Source: Candidatus Methanoperedenaceae archaeon (GTDB lineage Archaea > Halobacteriota > Methanosarcinia > Methanosarcinales > Methanoperedenaceae). From it: 50,409 bases of DNA. This document shows, one piece after another, positions 21,132 to 31,600 of the stretch. The notes under the pieces are model-generated. The model made no database searches. It saw only the letters and a list, made by a program, of their open reading frames with translations, and had not been told where the DNA came from. Numbering within the stretch: position 1 is the stretch's first letter; every line of letters begins with the position of its first letter. The translations under genes were made by a program, and so were the position numbers. Where the stretch lies: positions 1-50,409 of the forward strand of contig CAVWCX010000009.1 of NCBI GenBank assembly GCA_963753595.1, written 5' to 3'.

Positions 21132-22504
21132 TGCAAATCAATAGTTCCTCCAGGGTAGCAGTACTTGACCTGACACATGGAGGGGCTGTCATAGCCCGTA
21201 AATTTAAGAAGATCACAGGATCAGTGACTGCCATAGATGTGTACAGGAAACTCGGTCCTGGATTATTGGATGAACTTGAAAGGGATGGGATCAAAACCTC
21301 AAGGGAACCCCTGAATGCATCGGATTTTGATTATATTATATCTCCGGTGCACCTTGATTCAAATTATCCGATGCTTCTGGATGCAGCAGCGAATAAGATC
21401 CCTGTTTTATCCCATCATCAGGCTGTGGGGCATATCTTATCAGGATACGAGCTTAAGAACAAGACACTTATCGAGCTGACGGGTACAAAAGCCAAAACAA
21501 GCACCGCGATCTTGCTGGCAGATATTTTATCAAGGGAAAAAAAAGTAGTCTCACATACAAGCAGGGGTCTTGAAGACTGGAGTACAGGAACAATGATCAG
21601 GAAAGGATTGAGCATAACGCCGGCAAGCATCCTTACCGCTCTTGATGCTGTTCACGAAGCGGGGGTAAAATTCGATGTGTTCATATCCGAGATCTCAATT
21701 GGCGGGACAGGTTCTGCCGACATTGGAATAATTACCACGATAGCCAATGATTATAAGATCGCCAATAACACAAAGCTTGCAAGTGAAGCTAAGCGCCGGA
21801 TGATACTTGATGCAAGACCCGGAAGCATACTTGTAGTAAATAATGACGCTTTGAGGTTTTTCGGGGCATGCAGGAGGGATATTAATGTTATCTCATTTAC
21901 TGATTCAGTGAATGCAGCATGTAATGTCTATTATGAGAGCCTGGGTGCAAAAGGCGCAACATTAGCTTATTTTCTTGGAAAGGAACATGGCAGGATCCAT
22001 ATCCGGGAAGCGGCAGATTACGATATAACTTCTTATAAAACTGCCTTTGTATGTGCCACTGCTGCTGCTCTTGCCCTGGATATCAAAGCTCTGGCAATTG
22101 AGCGTGTATTACAGGAATTTAAGGGTGCAGAAGGGCGAATGAAGAAGATCTCCCTTGACGGAAGGATACTGATCGACAACTCGAACTCAGGAATGGATAT
22201 CAGGACAGCCGAAAAAGCGCTTGAATATTCAAAAAACGAGGGCAAAAGGATAGTCATGATACTTGGCGAAGAAGCAAAAGAAGTATGCGAAGGACTCGAA
22301 CCATCTGGTGTTGGCCGGTTTATCAATAAGCATATAAACGAACTTGCGGCCCTCATACTTGTAGGGGAAAGGATGAAAACATTCATTGAAAATGACCCGG
22401 AAAAGATCCATCATGCAAATGATCTTCCTGGCGGGATAGAGCTTGCAAAATCATTGACAAAGGAAAAGGATATCATTTTATCCTGTGTAAAGTGCTTCAG
22501 GTGA
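21131..22504 (+). CDS. cfbE: Coenzyme F430 synthase (Mur-ligase-like)
   Basis: LDLTHGG, ELTGTKAKTST, SITPAS, DNSNSG and C-terminal SCVKCFR. Confidence 0.9.
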   Translation: MQINSSSRVAVLDLTHGGAVIARKFKKITGSVTAIDVYRKLGPGLLDELERDGIKTSREPLNASDFDYIISPVHLDSNYPMLLDAAANKIPVLSHHQAVGHILSGYELKNKTLIELTGTKAKTSTAILLADILSREKKVVSHTSRGLEDWSTGTMIRKGLSITPASILTALDAVHEAGVKFDVFISEISIGGTGSADIGIITTIANDYKIANNTKLASEAKRRMILDARPGSILVVNNDALRFFGACRRDINVISFTDSVNAACNVYYESLGAKGATLAYFLGKEHGRIHIREAADYDITSYKTAFVCATAAALALDIKALAIERVLQEFKGAEGRMKKISLDGRILIDNSNSGMDIRTAEKALEYSKNEGKRIVMILGEEAKEVCEGLEPSGVGRFINKHINELAALILVGERMKTFIENDPEKIHHANDLPGGIELAKSLTKEKDIILSCVKCFR

Positions 22505-22523
22505 AGCGGTAAATGTGAACTGC

Positions 22524-22714
22524 TCAAAAGATAACTCGTGCAAGAATATGGAGCTTAATAAACCAATTATTCTCGCAAAAATTACAGAAAAAATGTCTGT
22601 TGCGGAGCTTATGAATTCGTTTTCCGGCTGTGCTTTCGGAACAGGCTCGCATTTATGAAACTGTTGAAATATACCACGAAATATACATGACAGGGATTGC
22701 ACAAAATTCTTCGG
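22524..22714 (+). pseudogene. Degenerate tandem duplicate of the dys upstream region and 5' end
   Basis: Aligns with 22726-22916. ATG 22548 gives MELNKPIILAKITEKMSVAELMNSFSGCAFG, then a +1 insertion leads to a stop. Confidence 0.9.
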
Positions 22715-22749
22715 TCTTTAAACGATCAAAAGATAACTACTACAAGAAT

Positions 22750-23676
22750 ATGGAGCTTAATAAACCAATTATTCCCGCAAGAATAACAGAAAACATGTCT
22801 GTTGATGAGCTTGTGAATTCGTTTTCCGGCTGTGCTTTCGGAGCAGGCCGCATTTATGAAGCTGTTGACATATACCGCGAAATGATACATGACAGGGATT
22901 GCACAAAATTCTTCGGCCTGGCAGGGGCGATGGTACCTGCGGGGATGAGGCATATTGTTAGCGATATGATAAGGAACGGGGAAATCGATATTCTTGTAAG
23001 CACAGGCGCCAACCTTGTCCATGACATGATCGAGTCCCTGGGACTTCATCATTACAAAGGAACTGACATAACAGATGATATCCAGTTAAAACACGAATCG
23101 GTCAACCGTATATATGATGTATTCCTGCCTGAACATCATTTCACGGATCTTGAAACGAAAATGCAATCAATTTTTAAAGAGGTCCCTGAGAAGCTTTCGA
23201 TCACCGAACTTCTATCGCACATCGGAGCAAGACTCGATGACAAAAACTCGATATTAAAAAGCGCATATGATATGGGTGTGCCTGTTTATTGCCCTGCCAT
23301 CCAGGATTCTATCATCGGATTGCAGGCATGGCTGTATAAGCAGACACGTCCTCTCAATGTGGATGTCTTTGCCGATATGAGGGGATTGATCGACAGGTGC
23401 TATGAGGCAAAACGCGCCGGGGTTGTGATAATAGGCGGCGGTGTACCCAAGAATTTCATTTTACAATCAATGCTTGTTACTCCGCGTTCTTTTGATTATG
23501 CGATACAGCTCACCATGGACAGGCCTGAGACCGGCGGACTTTCCGGCGCAACGCTTGACGAAGCGCGCTCATGGGGTAAGATCGGGGAAAATGCAAGGTC
23601 AGTGACAGTGTATTCTGATGCGACAATCACGCTTCCCTTGATCGTTGCAGCGGCAAAAAGTGGGAAATCAAAATAA
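22750..23676 (+). CDS. dys: Deoxyhypusine synthase
   Basis: STGANLVHD, GGGVPKNF and GGLSGATLDEARSWGK (catalytic Lys present). The true start is 22750; the ORF-track extension comes from the duplicate. Confidence 0.92.
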   Translation: MELNKPIIPARITENMSVDELVNSFSGCAFGAGRIYEAVDIYREMIHDRDCTKFFGLAGAMVPAGMRHIVSDMIRNGEIDILVSTGANLVHDMIESLGLHHYKGTDITDDIQLKHESVNRIYDVFLPEHHFTDLETKMQSIFKEVPEKLSITELLSHIGARLDDKNSILKSAYDMGVPVYCPAIQDSIIGLQAWLYKQTRPLNVDVFADMRGLIDRCYEAKRAGVVIIGGGVPKNFILQSMLVTPRSFDYAIQLTMDRPETGGLSGATLDEARSWGKIGENARSVTVYSDATITLPLIVAAAKSGKSK

Positions 23677-23684
23677 GATCAAAT

Positions 23685-24233
23685 TCAGATAATCTTATTC
23701 TCTCCGATCAGTTTCTGGGTCGCTATCCAGAAGCATATTACAGTAAATGGATATGTTATGAACCCACCCACGCCAAGAGCTGCCCCCATACTATTGATCA
23801 ATAGCAGGATAACGCCGAGTATTATTGAGAATTCGAAATTATCTCTTCCGATCCTGTAGCTTTTTTTGAGTGAGTCTATAGCCCCAAGGTTCTCCCCGAT
23901 CGCGATCGGGATGGCATACTGGAAAAGGGCTATTAGTATCAGTCCCGGGATAATGAGAAGAATTAATCCGGCTACTATTGCCAGGGCGCCAACAATGACC
24001 ATCACCCAGCTTACGGCGAAATAATCAAAACCCTTGAAAACATCTTTTATTTCCACACTTTCCCCCCGGATGATCTTCCTTCCCATTATGTAGAGGCCAA
24101 AAAGCAGTGGAGGCGCCGTGATTATTAAGATCGAACCTATTGCTGCGACCACTGCGGCAACAATAAATATAGCGAATTGTTTCTTATAAATATCAAAACC
24201 TTCACTTAATATATCTTCAACCTTAAAATTCAA
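23685..24233 (-). CDS. Integral membrane protein (DUF975-like)
   Basis: [10 protein letters not shown] and AIDSLKKS motifs; TTG start with GGAG upstream. Confidence 0.7.
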   Translation of the reverse strand: MNFKVEDILSEGFDIYKKQFAIFIVAAVVAAIGSILIITAPPLLFGLYIMGRKIIRGESVEIKDVFKGFDYFAVSWVMVIVGALAIVAGLILLIIPGLILIALFQYAIPIAIGENLGAIDSLKKSYRIGRDNFEFSIILGVILLLINSMGAALGVGGFITYPFTVICFWIATQKLIGENKII

Positions 24234-24307
24234 AGGATCAACTCCAGATTAATATTATCCCTGACAAAATATATAGTTTATCCTTATTATATAATAAATT
24301 AAAAAGC

Positions 24308-24348
24308 TGTAACAATAGAAAAATTGTAATAATGGAAAACTATATAAG
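24308..24348 (+). promoter_or_regulatory. Promoter of the glnA leader: 17-bp direct repeat with BRE/TATA
   Basis: TGTAACAATAGAAAAAT followed by TGTAATAATGGAAAACT, running into TATATAAG. Confidence 0.55.
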
Positions 24349-24371
24349 TATACAAACGGTAGCCTATAGTC

Positions 24372-24478
24372 GGTCACACATATCCTTCATTTGAGTTATT
24401 CCTCAAGTTGGGTAAAAACACTGTAAACGTTGATTCGATATAAGAATCTGAAAACCAGATGAGGGATATGCAGGGACC
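24372..24478 (+). ncRNA. Candidate structured leader RNA or sRNA upstream of glnA
   Basis: 15-bp stem 24379-24393/24456-24470 with two G-U pairs, closed by GGTC/GACC, with internal hairpins. Confidence 0.6.
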
Positions 24479-24501
24479 AAAAAACCAAAGGAGAAAAGAA
24501 A

Positions 24502-24588
24502 ATGGCAAAACCAATAACGCATAAGTTTCCGGCGTCGAGTATCATAAAAAGGCAAAATTGGCAAAGCAGGACAACTAAAAAGGATTAA
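24502..24588 (+). CDS. Candidate 28-aa small protein/uORF MAKPITHKFPASSIIKRQNWQSRTTKKD
   Basis: AAAGGAG RBS 8 nt before the ATG; lies between the structured leader and glnA. Confidence 0.5.
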   Translation: MAKPITHKFPASSIIKRQNWQSRTTKKD

Positions 24589-24671
24589 ATCACAACACAG
24601 AATGATTTATAATAATAGATTGTAATAAAGAGAAAAAGATAAAGAAGGATAAGAAAAGACAAGTGATGAAT

Positions 24672-25997
24672 ATGGGAATTACAAATGAAGATATATTAAG
24701 ATCCATAGAGGAAAACAAGGTCAGGTTTTTAAGACTCCAATTTGTTGATATTGGCGGAATGGTCAAGAATGTGGGCATTCCTGTATCACAGGCAGAAAAA
24801 GCCCTTACATCAGGAATAGCATTTGACGGTTCATCTATCGAGGGATTTGTCAGGATCGAAGAATCTGACATGATCCTGAAACCTGATAATAACACTTATA
24901 TGATTCTTCCATGGGACGTTAGCGGGGGAAAGGTCGCAAGGATAATATGTGATGTTTACAGGCCGGACGGAAAGCCCTTTGAAGGCGACCCCCGCTATGT
25001 CTTAAAGAGAGCCATTGCAGCTGCTGCCAAAAAAGGTTTTGTAATGAACACAGGGCCTGAGCTTGAATTCTTTTTCTTCAAGAGAAAAGACGGACAGGCA
25101 ACAGTTATCCCCCATGACTTTGGTGGCTATTTTGATTTTCCCCCGATAGACCAGGCCGAAAATATCCGGCAGGATATTGTAGTAGCCCTTGAGAACATGG
25201 GATTCAACATCGAAGCTTCCCATCACGAAGTTTCTATCGGGCAGCATGAGATAGATTTCAAATACAGCGATGCATTAAAGACAGCGGATAATGTCATTAC
25301 CTTCAAGTTCGTAACCAAGACGATCGCGCAGAAAAATGATTTGCATGCGTCTTTTATGCCAAAACCTGTCTTTGGAATAAATGGTTCAGGTATGCATACA
25401 AATATTTCCCTCTTTAAGAATGGAAAAAATGCATTCTATGATGAATCAGACAATATGCAGGTCAGCGATACTTTAAGATATTTCATTGGCGGTCTGAAAA
25501 AACACGTCAAATCCTTCACTGCAGTCACAAATCCTATAGTGAACAGTTATAAGAGGATCGTCCCGGGTTATGAGGCGCCAGTATATATTGCATGGTCAGG
25601 GGCCAACCGCTCATCCATGATACGAATACCGGCAGCAAGAGGAATGAGCACACGCGTTGAACTAAGAAGTCCTGACCCGTCCTGCAACCCATATCTATCA
25701 TTTGCAGTAATACTGATGGCTGGACTTGATGGTATTGATAATAAGATCGACCCGGGTGAGCCGACAACACTTAACCTGTTCCATCTTAATGATGAAGAAC
25801 GAATGAAAAACGGGATCGAATCACTCCCCGGAAGTCTTAAGGAAGCGCTGGATAACCTGGAAACCGACAGCATCATAAAAGATGCACTCGGAGAACATGT
25901 CTACCAGGATTTCATGAGACTTGGAAGGGCAGAATGGGATGCATACAGGATAAGCGTACATGGCTGGGAAATTGAGCGCTACCTGAATATTATATAA
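24672..25997 (+). CDS. glnA: Glutamine synthetase type I
   Basis: FDGSSIEGF, GPELEFF, HHEV...GQHEI, MPKP...NGSGMH, PGYEAP and ELRSPDP motifs. The start could be 24663, 24666 or 24672. Confidence 0.97.
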   Translation: MGITNEDILRSIEENKVRFLRLQFVDIGGMVKNVGIPVSQAEKALTSGIAFDGSSIEGFVRIEESDMILKPDNNTYMILPWDVSGGKVARIICDVYRPDGKPFEGDPRYVLKRAIAAAAKKGFVMNTGPELEFFFFKRKDGQATVIPHDFGGYFDFPPIDQAENIRQDIVVALENMGFNIEASHHEVSIGQHEIDFKYSDALKTADNVITFKFVTKTIAQKNDLHASFMPKPVFGINGSGMHTNISLFKNGKNAFYDESDNMQVSDTLRYFIGGLKKHVKSFTAVTNPIVNSYKRIVPGYEAPVYIAWSGANRSSMIRIPAARGMSTRVELRSPDPSCNPYLSFAVILMAGLDGIDNKIDPGEPTTLNLFHLNDEERMKNGIESLPGSLKEALDNLETDSIIKDALGEHVYQDFMRLGRAEWDAYRISVHGWEIERYLNII

Positions 25998-26019
25998 CCA
26001 GGCAACATATAAAGACAAA

Positions 26020-27009
26020 ATGAACACAACAACTATAGACTCAATGGTTCAAAGAAAACTCATAGAGATACTGCGGATACTACATGAGAACCAGGATCCT
26101 ATAGGGGCACGGCTAATTGCCGACAGGATGAATGACCGCGGATACCCCATAGGAGAAAGGGGTGTCCGTTATCACCTTCGCATCCTTGATGAGCGCGGTC
26201 TCACCAAGCGCCAGGGCTATGACGGAAGGACCATCACCGAGCGCGGGACAAAGGAACTTGAAAATGCACTTGTCGGGGACAGGATGGGTTTTATCATAAC
26301 AAGAATTGAGAAACTCATTTACGATACTACTTTCGATCTTAAGACCGGGCAGGGAAATGTGATCATCAATACATCGATAATCGATAAAAAAGATATTGAT
26401 GAAACACTTGAGATCATGCAGCATGTGATAAAAGAAGGTTATTGTTTCAGTCCTTTTGTAAAAATAATGGAGGAAGGGAGTCCCAATTATGATATCAATA
26501 TCCCTGAAGGCAAAATTGGAATTGCCACCATGTGCAGCATAACGATCGACGGGATTTTGCTAAAAAATGGTATTCCTGTAACCCCTAAATATGGCGGATT
26601 GCTGGATGTGAATAACAGGAAGCCAACAGGTTTTGAGGATATCATTGTTTATAATGGCACATCTATTGACCCTATGAAAATCTTTATCTCAAAGAAAATG
26701 ACACATGTGCTTGATGCGGTAGATACGGGTTCGGGGAGTCTTCTTGCAAACCTTCGTGAGATCCCGATGTCATCTGTTCTGGAGGCTCAAAAAATTTTGA
26801 AATCTGCAATGAGCATGGGGATAGCGGATATTACACAGATCGGGGAACCCGGGATGTCGGTGCTCAAAGCGCCTGTTGATTCGGGAAAAGTCGGGGTCGT
26901 AGTATATGCGGGGACAAATATCATGGCAGCCGTTGAGGAAAGCGGGATCAATGTGGCAACATTCCCGATATCAACGATTATGGATTTCAAGGAATTGAAA
27001 GCGCTTTGA
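26020..27009 (+). CDS. nrpRI: Nitrogen regulator NrpRI (wHTH plus one NRD domain)
   Basis: IGERGVRYHLRILDERGLT wHTH; TMCSITIDGILLKNGIP and YNGTSIDP NRD motifs; directly follows glnA. Confidence 0.85.
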   Translation: MNTTTIDSMVQRKLIEILRILHENQDPIGARLIADRMNDRGYPIGERGVRYHLRILDERGLTKRQGYDGRTITERGTKELENALVGDRMGFIITRIEKLIYDTTFDLKTGQGNVIINTSIIDKKDIDETLEIMQHVIKEGYCFSPFVKIMEEGSPNYDINIPEGKIGIATMCSITIDGILLKNGIPVTPKYGGLLDVNNRKPTGFEDIIVYNGTSIDPMKIFISKKMTHVLDAVDTGSGSLLANLREIPMSSVLEAQKILKSAMSMGIADITQIGEPGMSVLKAPVDSGKVGVVVYAGTNIMAAVEESGINVATFPISTIMDFKELKAL

Positions 27010-27136
27010 GGATCGAGTAGTGCAATAATAAGAACGAGTCAATATTATCCACATATTTTAATAATTACCTCCCGAAACCTATTTATAGCAAATGTTTCAA
27101 CAATTGTATGGAGTATCTATCTCCACAGGTGGAATT

Positions 27137-27343
27137 ATGGAAAAAAATGTTGGAACTATTGACCGTATTGTAAGAGTTGTTATCGGGATAATCCTGTTGT
27201 ATGCAGCTGCGACAGGTATGGTTTCGGGAATTTGGATGTACGTGGCCGGGATTCTTGGCATTGTGATGCTGGCTGCTGCAGCGCTTGCCTACTGCCCTCT
27301 GTATCCGGCAATGAAAATAAATACTACATCAAAGTCAAAATAA
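27137..27343 (+). CDS. DUF2892/YgaP-like small membrane protein
   Basis: MEKNVGTIDRIVR...YCPLY motif; AGGTGG RBS. Confidence 0.85.
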   Translation: MEKNVGTIDRIVRVVIGIILLYAAATGMVSGIWMYVAGILGIVMLAAAALAYCPLYPAMKINTTSKSK

Positions 27344-27420
27344 ACAATTTTTTTCTTTTTTTATCTTTCACATATTGATACTGCGCAAGTATTTATGTTA
27401 AAAAAACGCATTCGACACAT

Positions 27421-28401
27421 ATGAAAATGAATGCGCAGATCAAAGCTGAACTCATTTCTATCGGGGCAATTGATATTGATCCATCTATTCTTGGAAGGCT
27501 GACCATCCCAACGGCAGGACCGGGGGCCGGAGGCAAGGCTTTTTTCTTCAATTCCGGCGGTCATCGTGTGCGGCTCGTGGTGGATGAAGGCTCACCTCTA
27601 CGCGCAATTAAAGATAATGGCGAGATCGTGATCATAAAAGGCGGGAAAGAGTTCGTGAGAGGAACGATCGAGGAAGAACTCATACACTGCCCGGAGCAGG
27701 CATATATTACAATGAGTGAGCGCTGCATTTATGATTGCAAATTCTGCCCTGTCCCGAAACTGAATGGAAAGGTCAAATCTTCAGAAGAATTGCTGGCGCT
27801 TGTCGAAGAAGCATTCAAATTGGGGAAGATGAAAGGAATTTCTATAACATCAGGGGTCGAAGTGTCACCTGAAAAAGAAGTTGAACGCGCTGCCGATTTG
27901 GTCAGTAAATTGAAGAAATACAATGTCACCATAGGTGTTTCTGTCTATCCAACAAAGGACTCATCCCGCATCCTGAAAGAAGCGGGAGCAAGTGAAGTCA
28001 AATACAATGTTGAGACCATGGACAGGGAACTTTATGAGAAATACTGCAAGAAGCCACCTCTTGATTTTACGCTCGAATGCCTGAAGGATGCTGTCAAAAT
28101 ATTCGGAAAAAACAATGTTTTTACCAACTTCATTGCGGGGCTGGGAGAGACCGATGAAACAATTGAAACGAATTATGAGATACTTGCGAAAATGGGCGTG
28201 ATCCCGATAATACGCGCCGTTGGCGTGCATCCCCTGCGCTTTGGTGAACTGGAAGCAGAGAGACCAACAGCCCAAAGGCTGCTAAAACTTGCGAAAATGT
28301 CACGCAGGATACTTGATAAATACGGGCTTGATGCAAGTAAGGCAAAGACCATGTGCCTGCCGTGTACGGGGTGTGACCTGAATCCGCATGTGGATTTATG
28401 A
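27421..28401 (+). CDS. Radical SAM protein (biotin synthase-related, function unknown)
   Basis: CIYDCKFC motif, YNVET, and a C-terminal CLPCTGC. Confidence 0.85.
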   Translation: MKMNAQIKAELISIGAIDIDPSILGRLTIPTAGPGAGGKAFFFNSGGHRVRLVVDEGSPLRAIKDNGEIVIIKGGKEFVRGTIEEELIHCPEQAYITMSERCIYDCKFCPVPKLNGKVKSSEELLALVEEAFKLGKMKGISITSGVEVSPEKEVERAADLVSKLKKYNVTIGVSVYPTKDSSRILKEAGASEVKYNVETMDRELYEKYCKKPPLDFTLECLKDAVKIFGKNNVFTNFIAGLGETDETIETNYEILAKMGVIPIIRAVGVHPLRFGELEAERPTAQRLLKLAKMSRRILDKYGLDASKAKTMCLPCTGCDLNPHVDL

Positions 28402-28603
28402 TTGAGGAAAGAATTCCTATATTTCAAGAAGTTTTGTTATGAGCATCTCTGGGCGCCAGGCTGTTACTATGGTTCTGTAGGGAATGGGATGTTGTAAGTA
28501 AATACATTGAAACACAGGATTTACATCAATCCAAAAACGCTAGCTATAGGCCGTGTAATTAAGTCTGGGGTTTGTGACTGCTACGACAGAGCCCCATAAT
28601 AAT

Positions 28604-31600
28604 TCATTCTACCCAAGATTGTTGGTTAATGGCATCCATTAGGGAGAATATAACTGGACGGAGTTCTCCAACAACAAGATCAAAACCAACCTCTGGGCAT
28701 TCTGAGTCACTTACTTGACGATTTGCCTCCTCGATGCACCAAATTCTAAGTTCTGATGGCATGCCGCGTGAAGCACCAATCAACTTTGGAAATGTTGCCT
28801 TTTCAGATGGATTTGAGTTATTCTGCAAATGCTTTATCAGCATTGCTGAGAAATTATCATCTGCCTGAAGTCTACGGAGGATGGGACGAGTGATTAACTG
28901 TGAATAATTTCGGTGAATGCGCTCATAATTTGATAACAATTTTAAGAGGGCCTTAAATATAAACTCACTTGAACTCTTTCGACAAATAAGTTGAAAATAT
29001 GTAGCAAAAGATAAGGGTCGTTTCTGTCTTGTTACAATTTCAAAAATGCTATTTAATTCTTCACTTTCTGGCCAACCTTCACAGAGTGTAAGAATTAATT
29101 TCTCATCAGCATGATCTTTTGGACTTCCAGACATTAAGTGTGTTAATACATCACAATCCCCACCAAAATTCTTACTTATTAGTTCAGCTGCAACTACTGA
29201 TTCATTCCATGAGAAATCGTTTCGATGATCTCCAATACAAAGTATTTTTAAGCAATATTCGAGAAGGATAGGACTTTTAGGACGTACTCTACTGAGAAAA
29301 CGCAATATATTAGGTTTCGCATTTTGTTCGTTCCTACTTTCCAAAAAATGAAGCATTTCATTGCGAGGAGATGGGTATTCATCAGCAAACTGGCAAAGTT
29401 CGTCCCAAAGATTTAATATGTCATAATTTGGCTTATTAAGCATTTTCCACAGTTCTTTACCGAAAGCAACCTTGATATCATCCCAATTTTGTAGAATATA
29501 TCTCAATAGAGGAACATTTGGTGAAAGACTATTAATAATTGAAATAGCACAAGGTTCACTTTTTCCGATTGCCTCTTCAAAATTAATCATTACATCTAAG
29601 CGGCCTAATATTGCCAAACCACAGAACGCAGCTTGTTGGCGTTCCTCGTGGTCAAATCCATAACATCCAATACTTTGTGATAAGTATTCTATCGCAGACT
29701 TCATATCCTGATTCAATGCTTTTAATCGCATATGATAGCTAATTGAGGCTTGCGTTTTAATCTCTTTATCTGGCTCATAATCATAAAGCCTTAATAAAGA
29801 CATTGCGAACGTATCATCAACACTCTTATCCTTCAAGTATGCTACAATAACTCCACGAAGCTGAGTGGGCAGGGGGCATGCAATTTCAATGATTTTTTTT
29901 CGCAACTCTTCATCATTTCCAAAGGTCCACGCCACAGCCGCATAACTACCATCTCGTTTTAAAACCTCTTGTTTTGCAAAATCTTTTACACGCAGATCTG
30001 ATGAATAGCATGCTATTAAACGGGCTATTATAGTATCTCTTTGCAATCCTTTTAGATCAGATAGTATGCTCAAGACAATATCGACAACTTCGGTATCACC
30101 CTGTGTATTTCCCAGAGTTTGTAGGCCAATCATTACGAAATCATGACGTGCGCATTCAGGATCTCGAAGTAATTCAATAAGCCTGCTCCGGCATATACTC
30201 TTATTTTCGATAATCTGCGGAAGCAGATGTCCAATCCGAGATGCCTCAGATGCCGAACCGAATGCGAATTTAGTTAATCTATCGGCAACCTCAATATCTT
30301 GCATTCCCCAACCTTCTATTAGCGCTCCTGCTGGCCAATGAGGAATAGATGAGTTGAGTGATGATAGTAGTTTTTGTTTAGCCTTTGGTGTGCGTCCTAC
30401 TAATGCAGCCATAGCAACTGCAGGTTCATGAAATTCTTGTTTTGGTAGCCATTCTTCGATTGCCATGATGATCCTAGGATGGTCTTTGAAGTTCTTGGCC
30501 AATAAACTCCAAGGATCATGATAGTGCATTGAAATAAATGGATATTTCTCGTTCTTAATCTGATTGATGCAGAACTCAGCTACTTCTTCATCTTGTGCAT
30601 AATCATCAAGTAAAATTCTGAGAGCATATTCTCTATCTAGATTGATTTTATCTCGTCCAGCTTCCTTTAAAGCATCGAAGCAAGCTTTCTTAGTTTCGGA
30701 TGAGTTTGGCCATCCCCTCATAAGTGCCGATGCTACATCATTTTTCCACTGATAATCTAGGTTTGTACTCCATGAACCAATATGAATCAATTCTTTCCAA
30801 TCCTCTTCAGTTTGGCAATTTCTTTGTATCCTACCTAAGATTGCGAGTAAACGCAATTCTGGACTCATTGAGCGTCGAGCTACTTCCAAAATATGTTCGA
30901 TATTTTCATGATTTGGCCAACCCCGCAACAAAGCTTCAATTGCCGCAGCCCTTGTTTTTGATTCTACAGCATTTTGGGCAATCCAAGAAATACGATTACC
31001 AATTTCTGAATCACTAGCTGCAAGATCAGCTATAGCACTTGCTGCAGCTCGTTTGTTATCAGATTCTTCATCGTGTATACCTTTCCACAAGCATTCGATA
31101 ACTTCAGCATCTCTTGGCCATTTAGCCATAGCACTGAAGATTCCCTCTCGCCATCTTGCTCTGCAAGGAAACCAATTTTTAAGCTTTAACTTAACCAACT
31201 CTTTTACTTTTATAGAACGCAATCCATTCAGGATTTGCTTAAGGAGAAGCTCACGTTGAGGCATCCATGACCCCAGTTCAACTTGTTCGAATGACTCTCG
31301 TGCAAGTTCTCTGACAATGCCGACCGGGCAATTAAATTCGCCGAAAGCAGTTTCACATAGCAAGAGATCGATAGTGTAGCAGTCTATTGGATTAACAATC
31401 CTCCTTTTTTTTCGAATACATTCAATAAACTGTTTAGTGTCTTCTGCACGTTTGGTGATGTAGAATAATACTAGAATGATTTGACGCCACTGTGGGCTGG
31501 CACAGTGCATCTCTACGATTGATAATTGTTCGGCTAAAGGTAAACGAGATAGATGATATGCTGACAAATATTCCTGAAATACACGGTGAAAGAAACCAAC

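Noticed and set aside
22630-22749. N-terminal extension of deoxyhypusine synthase
   Set aside because: It is read from the degenerate duplicate; the real start is 22750.
24300-24670. Canonical NrpR operator GGAA-N6-TTCC upstream of glnA
   Set aside because: No exact match found by eye; only half-site-like GGAA sequences.
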